Shown here one piece after another: positions 27,878 to 35,465 of a stretch of 36,989 bases of DNA. The position numbers and the translations under genes are program-made. Position 1 is the first letter of the stretch. Each line of letters starts with the position of its first letter. The notes beneath the pieces are model-generated. The model saw nothing but the letters and a program-made list of their open reading frames with translations, was not told the DNA's origin and searched no databases. This stretch comes from Candidatus Bathyarchaeota archaeon (GTDB lineage Archaea > Thermoproteota > Bathyarchaeia > 40CM-2-53-6 > CALIRQ01). The stretch covers positions 1-36,989 of the forward strand of contig JAPWUR010000003.1 of NCBI GenBank assembly GCA_028275385.1. Direction: 5' to 3'.

Positions 27878-28642
27878 ATGGCCACGAAGGCCATATCGTT
27901 CCACTCCTACAAGGGCGGGACCGGGAAGACCTCGATAGCGGCCAACTTGGCGGCCATATACGCCCGCCTCGGGCACAGGGTCTGCCTCCTCGATTACGAT
28001 TTCAGGGCCCCGAGCCTGAGCGTCCTCTTCAAGCCCAATCCCAAGTTTTGGTTGAACGATTACCTGAACGGCCGATGCGAGGTGGAGGAGGCGCTCGTGG
28101 ACGTGGGGAAGGGGCTGGGCCTCGAGGGGGCGATCTTCGCCGGATTCGCCGATCCGAGCACGAGGGCCATAAGGGATATGATGACCAAGGATAGGGCTTG
28201 GGAGATGGGAGCCCTCCACAGGACCCTCTCGGCCAAGAGGGCCATACAAAGATCCCTCGGGGCGGATTATTTGATATTCGATACGAGCCCGGGCATACAT
28301 TATTCATCCGTCAACGCCCTGGCCAGCTCGGACGCCATAGCCCTCGTCATGAAGGGCGACGATTTCGACATGGAGGGGACCAAGGAGATGGTGCGCGGCA
28401 TATACGACGTGCTTGGGAGGAAGGCCGGGATAATCATGAATAAGATACCGATGGGCTTTGTCGAGGGAGGGGGGATCGTCAAGGGGGTCGAGGAGGAGCT
28501 CAATATACCGGTGCTGGGGGTGATCCCTTGCTATTGCGAGTTGATGGCCATCGGGGGCCGGTCGATTTACGCGCTCGATCGCCCAGATCACCCGTTCTCC
28601 AAGGCCCTCGAGGACCTATCCAAGAGGATCGCCGGGATGTGA
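27878..28642 (+). CDS. MinD/ParA-family ATPase
   Basis: Deviant Walker A SYKGGTGKT, LLDYDFRAPSL, YLIFDTSPG and IIMNK; starts immediately after the wHTH stop codon. Confidence 0.92.
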   Translation: MATKAISFHSYKGGTGKTSIAANLAAIYARLGHRVCLLDYDFRAPSLSVLFKPNPKFWLNDYLNGRCEVEEALVDVGKGLGLEGAIFAGFADPSTRAIRDMMTKDRAWEMGALHRTLSAKRAIQRSLGADYLIFDTSPGIHYSSVNALASSDAIALVMKGDDFDMEGTKEMVRGIYDVLGRKAGIIMNKIPMGFVEGGGIVKGVEEELNIPVLGVIPCYCELMAIGGRSIYALDRPDHPFSKALEDLSKRIAGM

Positions 28643-28656
28643 GGCCCGGGGGGCCC

Positions 28657-29595
28657 TCAACCCCTGCGGAGCCTCCTCTCGTATTCCTCCCTCAATCTGC
28701 GATATTCCGACTCGGTTATCCTCCCCAGGGCCTTGAGCTCCTCCAGCCTCGCTATCGCCCTGGCGGCCGCCAGATATTCCTCATCGGGCCCGCCGGCCTT
28801 CGCCCTCCTCCTAAGGGCGGCGTAGGCCCCCAATATGGCCAAGGCGATCGCGAGCGCCGCCGAGGCCAAGCCGAGGGGCCGCCACCAAGCCTCCCTCACA
28901 ACCAAGCCCAGCGCGAGCGATCTAATGGATCCGCCGCCGGATGCTATCACCGTTATATTATATCGCCCAATGGGCGCATCCGGGGAGCAAGTGATTTCGA
29001 GCAGGATCGAGCAAGGGGGCTGGGCCGGGTTCCTGTCGAACCTATAGGAGGCGCCATTGGGCAATCCCCGGAGGCTCAGATCCACCAGGGAGTCGAAGCC
29101 GTGAAGCGGCTCTATGGAGATCGCGACCCCGGAGGACCCGCCTTGCTGGACCTCCAGGACGGACGGATGCGCGGAGAGCCTAAAGTCGGGCTTGAAGATC
29201 CCGAACGTGAGCTCGGCCCTCGCCTCCCCGAACCCGATCTTCTCCGCCAATAGGTACACCGTGTAATTTCCCGACGCGTAGTCGCCCCTTAGCGCGAACT
29301 CATCCTCGTAGCCCCCATCGGCCCCGGTGAAGAGCAGCGCTATGTGGACCGTGTTGCCCCTCGGGTCCTTCACCTGGAGGGAAACGGCGGCGTTCGGAAC
29401 GGCCATCCCCAGCGGGGTGATGACCTTCCCCCTTATCCTGATTATCTGAAGGCCCGAGCGCAGCTCGGTCTCCGCCGATATTGACGCCTGTATCCCCTGG
29501 GCCGAGGCCAGCTCGATGATTGGGCACAGGGCCAATAGGGCGATCAGGGTTAAGGCCATAGCTCCCCGCAAGCACTGGGCACCATCCCGGCCCAT
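28657..29595 (-). CDS. Membrane-anchored surface protein: signal peptide, two Ig-like modules, TM helix and SHOCT-like cytoplasmic tail
   Basis: NAAVSLQVKDPRG..YTVYLLAEKIGF and DFRLSAHPSVLEV modules; TM helix; LEELKALGRITESEYRRLR. Confidence 0.8.
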   Translation of the reverse strand: MGRDGAQCLRGAMALTLIALLALCPIIELASAQGIQASISAETELRSGLQIIRIRGKVITPLGMAVPNAAVSLQVKDPRGNTVHIALLFTGADGGYEDEFALRGDYASGNYTVYLLAEKIGFGEARAELTFGIFKPDFRLSAHPSVLEVQQGGSSGVAISIEPLHGFDSLVDLSLRGLPNGASYRFDRNPAQPPCSILLEITCSPDAPIGRYNITVIASGGGSIRSLALGLVVREAWWRPLGLASAALAIALAILGAYAALRRRAKAGGPDEEYLAAARAIARLEELKALGRITESEYRRLREEYERRLRRG

Positions 29596-30067
29596 TCGGG
29601 CTGCCGGACGCCTTTGGCCTCCGCGGCTGGATTAAAAAAGGGTGCGCTCGGGGGGCCGGAGCTCATGAGGCCCGCGCGAATTGATGGCTCCCAGGTTTCA
29701 GCAGCGGACCCGCATCCCCCCAATCTCAGAGGGGGTTTGGCCCCATGAGGATGGCATGTACCAATCCCCTCGTGGGGGCCACGAGGGGAATGGGAGAATT
29801 AAGGGGGGTCGTTCGCTATCTCGCCGAAGGGCTCGGCGAAGGGGCTATCGGGCTACGTTGTTGATGGTCCTCGCGCCGCGCGAAGCTGCGGGGAATGGAG
29901 CGCATGGGGCCCGAGGCTCGCTGGAGCCATGCGGAGGGGTTCTTCGATGCGAATGGGATGGGCCGGGGAATATCCCGGGCCATATGGGGGATCGATGCCG
30001 GATCGCAAGGGCCCCATCCCATCCGATCCCTCGGGAGGGGGGAATTGGGGATTTTGCCACCGCGGCC

Positions 30068-31618
30068 TCATCCGAAGAGCTCGTCGAGCCTCTCCTTGGG
30101 CGGCTTGGGCGTGACCAAGCTAACGAGGAAGTATAGGGCGCCGCATCCAATGAAAGTCGCCAATTGCCAATAGCCCCATCCCCAGGCGTTGATGGTATAG
30201 ACGTAATAGCCCCCGAGGGCGCACATGGCCATCCCGTATAATATGCAAGCCATCGCGCCGTACTTCGTAGCCCCCCTCCAATAGAAGGAGACCGCCACCA
30301 CGAAGAAGAATATGCTGCCCAATCCAACGGCGGCCCCGGACATCAAATAGGCCAGCAACGGGGGCGGGCGCACGATGGCCCAATAGAGCGGTATGAGGGC
30401 GAAGATCGGTATTAGGATCCTCGTAATCGCCAGCAAGGTCTTCTTGGATAGGTTGGGCATGTAAAGGCCCAGGATGTCCCTGGTCACATTGCCGGACATC
30501 ACCATAACCATGGCCGCCAAGGTCGATAGGGAGGCCGCGAACACGGCCACCAGGTAAATCGTCGAGAGCGGGACGCCCCCGATGACCATCGCCAGCAATG
30601 GGGCCGCCGCGTCCCTCCCCAATCCCGTTGGCATCCCGGGGATCCCGGCCAACTTGGGCCCGAAATAGGCCCTGGCCGCGAGCCCCACTATCAAGTTGGC
30701 CCACGGCACGGAGCCGCCTATGGCTATGACGGCCATCATTATGGCGAAATCCCTCTTCGTGAACTTCCTTATCCCCAGGAACCTGGCGACGTTGTGGGGG
30801 AAGCCTATGGCCATCGTGAAGAACATTATGGCCGTCGCCAGGACCCCTATCCAATCCGCCGCGAATTGGGCGGCCGGCACGCCGGATAGCTTGGGGTTCA
30901 CGAGCCCCACGAGCTCCGGGGCCTGGGCCGCCAATTTGGCGTTCAAGGCCTCTGGGCCGCCGATGAAGGCCAAGGAGGCTATGCCCAGGGCGAAGCAACC
31001 TATTGTCAGCAAAATGCCCTGGAGGGCCAAGGTCCATTGGGTCCCCGTATATCCCCCGAAGGCCAAGTAGATGAAGGCCACCGAAGCGCTCAGGAGCATG
31101 CAGATTTCCCAGCGATAGCCCGTTATGGCGTACCAAGCGGTGGCGCCAGCCGTGTATTGGCCAACGGAGTATACCATCAAGAGGATTATCATGGACGCGG
31201 CCGCCATGGCCTGCGTGAGCTTGCTATCGAACCTTATGCCTATGACGTCGGGCACTGTCGCGGCCCCGAACTTGGCCGAATAGGCCCTCATCTTGGGCCC
31301 GGTTATGAGCGCCGCGGGCGCAAGGCCGAGGAGCGTCCAAACGCCGGCCAGCCACATGCCGGGCCAGCCGAACCAATAGGTTATGCCCATCAGCCCTAGG
31401 CATGCCCAACCGCTCATCCAAGTGGCGCAGAGGGCCAAGCCCGTTATTATGGGGCCGATATCCCTCCCGCCGACCAGGAAGAGCTCGAAGCTAGAGGAGC
31501 GCTTCTTGGCGGCGAAGCCCAGGAATATGCAGATGATCAGGAAGCCGGCTAGGGCGAGCGCCCCAATGAGGAGGTACTCGGGCGTGGGCTTTGGCGGATC
31601 CGGCCAATCGGTCGTCAT
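30068..31618 (-). CDS. Sodium:solute symporter (SSS/PutP-PanF family)
   Basis: FLVGGRDIG, ATWMSGW..LG, TVPD.IG.RF, YLAFGG, GFPHNVARF, AASLST, RDI and WRGATKYGA motifs; about 13 TM helices. Confidence 0.92.
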   Translation of the reverse strand: MTTDWPDPPKPTPEYLLIGALALAGFLIICIFLGFAAKKRSSSFELFLVGGRDIGPIITGLALCATWMSGWACLGLMGITYWFGWPGMWLAGVWTLLGLAPAALITGPKMRAYSAKFGAATVPDVIGIRFDSKLTQAMAAASMIILLMVYSVGQYTAGATAWYAITGYRWEICMLLSASVAFIYLAFGGYTGTQWTLALQGILLTIGCFALGIASLAFIGGPEALNAKLAAQAPELVGLVNPKLSGVPAAQFAADWIGVLATAIMFFTMAIGFPHNVARFLGIRKFTKRDFAIMMAVIAIGGSVPWANLIVGLAARAYFGPKLAGIPGMPTGLGRDAAAPLLAMVIGGVPLSTIYLVAVFAASLSTLAAMVMVMSGNVTRDILGLYMPNLSKKTLLAITRILIPIFALIPLYWAIVRPPPLLAYLMSGAAVGLGSIFFFVVAVSFYWRGATKYGAMACILYGMAMCALGGYYVYTINAWGWGYWQLATFIGCGALYFLVSLVTPKPPKERLDELFG

Positions 31619-31622
31619 GGCT

Positions 31623-31727
31623 TCATTCCCCCCAATACCTCAACCTTAGCCAAGTCCCTATCAAGACCAATAGCAAGCTGCCTATCATGACCGCCATGAG
31701 GGCGGTCCAAGCGCTCGGCTCAGCCAT
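31623..31727 (-). CDS. 34-aa single-TM small accessory protein of the SSS transporter (MAEPSAWTALMAVMIGSLLLVLIGTWLRLRYWGE)
   Basis: Not in the ORF track. SD GGGGGTG (31736-31742) lies 8 nt before the ATG; the stop is 4 nt before the symporter ATG; one hydrophobic helix. Confidence 0.8.
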   Translation of the reverse strand: MAEPSAWTALMAVMIGSLLLVLIGTWLRLRYWGE

Positions 31728-31938
31728 GCTTACGGCACCCCCAAACTGGCCCGAGCAAGGGCCGAGCCGAAGATCCGATATGGTTTTCAAGCCATTCCAA
31801 AAGCCACACCTCCGCCGCGAACGCGGGGCGGGCTCAGCGGAAGAAGAAGAACGCCGAGCCGAACGAGGCTATGCCCCTGATCCCCGCGTCCCGGTTCAAT
31901 TCGAATCGCCCAGAGGGGGCGGGCCATCGATATATAAA
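31714..31938 (-). promoter_or_regulatory. Promoter plus structured 5' leader (candidate attenuator) of the SSS transporter operon
   Basis: TATA box; complementary segments 31852-31860/31831-31839 and 31760-31771/31714-31725; GC hairpin followed by TTTT at 31799-31834. Confidence 0.6.
31834..31899 (-). CDS. Putative Phe-rich leader peptide MNRDAGIRGIASFGSAFFFFR (uORF)
   Basis: TTG start about 32 nt after TTTATATA (31931-31938); five TTC codons, four in tandem (31840-31851); embedded in alternative helices. Confidence 0.62.
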   Translation of the reverse strand: MNRDAGIRGIASFGSAFFFFR

Positions 31939-32062
31939 ATTTACCAAAGCTGCCGATACGCAGCCCGCCGGTCGCGATATCCAACGCGCCCGATCGGCGG
32001 GGGTTTGCCCAATTCGGCGGATCCTCGGCCCCCCTTTCGAAAACGGCTCGGCTGGAATGGGA

Positions 32063-33343
32063 TCAATTGGGCCCGATCGGGGAGGGGAGCGTCGATCCGG
32101 CGTAGGGCATGAGGATTATCGAGGCATCTCTTCCATGCGAATCGAGGGCCCTTTTCAGGGCCTCGTCCACGGTCTCCGCCGGCTCCATCAGGCCCTTCCC
32201 GCTCAGGTCCCCCTCCAAGACCCCCCTCAGCTCCGGGCCCGAAACGACCAGGATCCTCGCGCGCTTGGCGAGCCTAGCTATCGCGAATGCCTTATGGCCG
32301 CCCAGGGCGAATCCGGCCTTCAGCCTCTCGATGATGTCGTCCGGGCACGAGGCCTCCATCATCCATTCCTCGAAGACCTCATCGCCCAGCCCCTCCGGGC
32401 ATTCCGCCAAGAGGATTATCGTGCCCCCGTCCCTGACGGCATACGATGCGTTATCGAGGGCCTTCTGGGCTTGGTAGAGGTTTATGTCCTTCGGGAATCC
32501 CCCGGCCGAGGCTATCACTATGTCGGCCCTCCGCTCTATCGGCACCTTATACATCAGGTCGTTGGTCCTGATCGCCGCCCTGTGGGCTTCGACGAAGTCT
32601 CCGGCCACCGCTTGGACGATGCCCTTGCCCTCGTTTAGGACCACGTTGACTATGTAATCCATGCCCGCCATCCGGGCGCCCTCCTCGATATCCTCCCTAA
32701 CGGGGTTCCCATCCACGACGCCCGGCTCGGCCCGGTGGAGGGTCATCATGGAGTGGTTCTGCCGTATGGTTTCGAAGGATGAGACGCCCGGCAGCAGGGA
32801 TTTGGCCCCCCCGCTGTAGCCCGCGAAATAATGTATGTCTATATTGGCTATGCCTATGATGAAGTCGTGATCGAGGACCTCCTTGTTCACCGAGACCTCC
32901 GTCCCGCGCCTGGTCCTCCCAACGTATTCCAAATTCGCCTCATCCTTGGAGTCGTGGTTCACGGCCCTTATCCTGCCCAGGATCGCCGGGCCGACCAGCT
33001 TGTTCATATCCTCGATCGTTTGGGCCCTATGCATGCCATTGGCGAAGAATATCGTCATATCGCCGTCCTCGATCCCGGCCATCCTCAGCTCATCGATGAC
33101 GTGGGGCAGGACCTTATGGCTCGGGCAAGGCCTGGTGATGTCGCTGACCAAAAGGGCCACCTTCATGCCCCTCCCGACGAGGTCCCTCAGCCTTTTATGG
33201 CCCAAGGGGTTCTCGAGCGCCCCCCTCACCTCCTCGACCTCGCGATCTGCCGGGAGGTCATTTGGCTTGAGGGTGGAGATCAAGTTCCCCTCCGGTATCT
33301 CGACCTCCAGCGCCCCCTTCCCGTATTTGAGGCGAACCCTCAT
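32063..33343 (-). CDS. larA: Nickel-pincer-dependent lactate racemase family (LarA) alpha-hydroxyacid racemase/epimerase
   Basis: SDITRP, ANGMHR, NHDS, HYFAGYSGGAKSLLPG and GGFPKDINLYQAQK motifs. ATG 33343 is the likely start (not 34579). Confidence 0.9.
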   Translation of the reverse strand: MRVRLKYGKGALEVEIPEGNLISTLKPNDLPADREVEEVRGALENPLGHKRLRDLVGRGMKVALLVSDITRPCPSHKVLPHVIDELRMAGIEDGDMTIFFANGMHRAQTIEDMNKLVGPAILGRIRAVNHDSKDEANLEYVGRTRRGTEVSVNKEVLDHDFIIGIANIDIHYFAGYSGGAKSLLPGVSSFETIRQNHSMMTLHRAEPGVVDGNPVREDIEEGARMAGMDYIVNVVLNEGKGIVQAVAGDFVEAHRAAIRTNDLMYKVPIERRADIVIASAGGFPKDINLYQAQKALDNASYAVRDGGTIILLAECPEGLGDEVFEEWMMEASCPDDIIERLKAGFALGGHKAFAIARLAKRARILVVSGPELRGVLEGDLSGKGLMEPAETVDEALKRALDSHGRDASIILMPYAGSTLPSPIGPN

Positions 33344-33385
33344 TCGATTGGCCCCCGCTCCATTGCGCGAATACCGGATTCGAGA

Positions 33386-33423
33386 ATAAAAAGGAGGGGG
33401 TTCCGGGGCTTGCTGGATCCCCC
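33386..33423 (-). terminator. Imperfect hairpin followed by a T-tract downstream of the DASS transporter
   Basis: GGGGATCCAG-N6-CCGGAACCCC followed by TCCTTTTTA. The T-run could instead be the larA TATA box. Confidence 0.3.
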
Positions 33424-34830
33424 TTAGTAGAGGCCGAGGAACTTCCAATACGGGAATCCCAGGACGAACCATACGGCTATATGGATTATGGAGATCAGGA
33501 GGCCGTAGGCCCACCATTCCTTTATGTCGACGTAGCCCGCTCCAAAGTATATCGGCGCCGGCCCGGTTCCGTAGTGCGTCATGGCGGCGTTCAGGTTGGA
33601 CATATAGCCCAGCATCAAGCCGACCAACAACGGTGGCGCGCCCGCCGTGGCCATGACGGCCGCGAAGGGCGGGAAGAACGCCGTTACATGCGCAGTCATG
33701 CTGGCCATGAAGTAGTGGGCATAGAAGTACACCAAGGTGAGCACTATGAATGCCGTGAGCCAAGCCCAGCCGGAGACATATTTCGCGGTCGATTCCGCCA
33801 TCCATTTCATGAAGCCCAGCTTGTTGAGCCCGGCGGCCATTCCCACTAGGCCACCGAACCACACCAGGGCATCCCAGGCGCCCCTCTCGCCGAGCACGTC
33901 CTGCCAGCTCAAAACCCCGGTTACGAGCATTAGGGCCACGCCCAGCAGGGCGGTGGTGGTGGCGTTTATCTTCACTGTCTCGCTCAGGATCCACAGCGCC
34001 AAGGCCAGGATGAATACGAAGATCAATACCTTCTCCTCCCTCTTCAGCGGGCCCATCTCCTTCAGGCTCTTCTCGGCCAGCTTGGGGGCCTCGGGGCTCT
34101 CCTTGATCTCCGGCCTGGTCAGGAAGTATACGATGAGGGGCACCAAGAAGAAGGCAACGAAGCCGGGCACGATGGCCCCGAGGAACCACATGGCCCAGCT
34201 GATCTCCACCTTCAGGACCTGCTTGGCGAGCGATACGACCAGCGGATTGGCCGCCATCCCGGTCATGAACATGGCGCCCGTCACCAGGGTCGTCTGATAT
34301 TCGTTGAACATCAGGAAGTTCCCGATCCTCTTGGCCGTGGGGCCGGGCTCGGAATCGTAGGCCTTGGCTATGCTCCTGATTATCGGGAAGAGGATGCCGC
34401 CCGCCCTGGCGGTATTGCTTGGGGTCCCTGGTGCTATGACCAAGTCGGTCAGCGAGAGGGCGTAGCCGAGCGTCAAGGTCCTCTTGCCGATGGCCTTTAT
34501 GAACATCCACGCTATTCTCTCCCCGAGCCTCGTCTTGAGGAAGGCCCTCGCGAAGAGATATGCCGATACTATGAGCCATACCGTTGTATCGGCGAACCCA
34601 GCGAGCGCGTCCCCGATCGTAAGGGCCCCGGATAGAGCGGAGGCGACCACGCCTATCAACACAACGGCGCTCATGGGCAATGGCCTAAATATCAAGCCGG
34701 CTATCACGGCCACGAAGATCGCGAAGAGCAGCCATGCCTTGAAAGCCACGCCGGATGGCGCTGGTATGGCGTAGAGGATTAAGAAGACGATTATTGGTAT
34801 TATCGCCGATGCTACCCTCTTTGCGTCCAT
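33424..34830 (-). CDS. DASS-family di/tricarboxylate transporter (CitT/TtdT/2-oxoglutarate-malate translocator type)
   Basis: PSNTARAGGI, MFMTGMAANP, WDALVWFG, HYFMASMTAH and THYGTGPAPIYFGAGY motifs. ATG 34830 preferred. Confidence 0.93.
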   Translation of the reverse strand: MDAKRVASAIIPIIVFLILYAIPAPSGVAFKAWLLFAIFVAVIAGLIFRPLPMSAVVLIGVVASALSGALTIGDALAGFADTTVWLIVSAYLFARAFLKTRLGERIAWMFIKAIGKRTLTLGYALSLTDLVIAPGTPSNTARAGGILFPIIRSIAKAYDSEPGPTAKRIGNFLMFNEYQTTLVTGAMFMTGMAANPLVVSLAKQVLKVEISWAMWFLGAIVPGFVAFFLVPLIVYFLTRPEIKESPEAPKLAEKSLKEMGPLKREEKVLIFVFILALALWILSETVKINATTTALLGVALMLVTGVLSWQDVLGERGAWDALVWFGGLVGMAAGLNKLGFMKWMAESTAKYVSGWAWLTAFIVLTLVYFYAHYFMASMTAHVTAFFPPFAAVMATAGAPPLLVGLMLGYMSNLNAAMTHYGTGPAPIYFGAGYVDIKEWWAYGLLISIIHIAVWFVLGFPYWKFLGLY

Positions 34831-34967
34831 ATTCGATCGCCTACCATTTCCTTCCAACATAATGCGTTGGCGAATAAAAGGATTTTGAGTTGTATCTCAG
34901 TAATTCAAAATTACATTGGTGGGGGTTTCGCTTCGCGAAGCGCCCGCCGATCCGGGATGGGCCAAGC

Positions 34968-35387
34968 TCATTCGTACCCCTTTCCGGTCCTCGCGTAATC
35001 TATTATCCTCCTCTCGGCCCCTGGGGGCGCGTAGACCCAGAAAAGCTTCATGGTCTCCGAGCTCTCGTTGACGAACGTATGCCCAACCCCGGGCGGCACG
35101 TAAGCTATGGAGCCGGGTTGGATCTCGAACTCCTCCTCCCCGATTACGGCCTTCCCCCTCCCGGAGGCCACGTAGAGGATCTCCTCCGAGTTAGGGTGCA
35201 CATGTTTGGGATGGGCCGTCGTGTGCGGATAGATTATCGTGGCGCCGAAGGTTGCGTATTTCGAGGAAAGGCTTTTCTCAATGCGCTCCGGCGAAGCGAA
35301 TATCTTTATGAAGCGCTCATACGGCTGGGGCAATTTAACGCCCTTAACATCGTGCTCGTTGATCACGGGCATGGGCCGTCCACCCAT
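34968..35387 (-). CDS. Cupin-domain protein (metal-binding motif intact)
   Basis: HVHPNSEEILYVASG and PPGVGHTF motifs. Start is 35387 or 35372. Confidence 0.88.
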   Translation of the reverse strand: MGGRPMPVINEHDVKGVKLPQPYERFIKIFASPERIEKSLSSKYATFGATIIYPHTTAHPKHVHPNSEEILYVASGRGKAVIGEEEFEIQPGSIAYVPPGVGHTFVNESSETMKLFWVYAPPGAERRIIDYARTGKGYE

Positions 35388-35465
35388 TGATCAAAGTGTA
35401 TAACGATCAAATAAAACGTTTTCCTAAAATGGGGACCATGTGGCCGGCCCGGAGGGGGCGCTGGG

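Noticed and set aside
29640-30067. SRP RNA, RNase P RNA, tRNA or a protein-coding gene in the long gap
   Set aside because: No SRP helix-8 motif, RNase P GAGGAAAGTCC-type motif or cloverleaf, and the overlapping ORFs lack host-like composition.
32063-34579. 838-aa ORF suggesting a LarA fusion with a long N-terminal domain
   Set aside because: The first 412 or so codons are an alternate frame of the DASS gene with no protein-like signal. LarA begins at ATG 33343.
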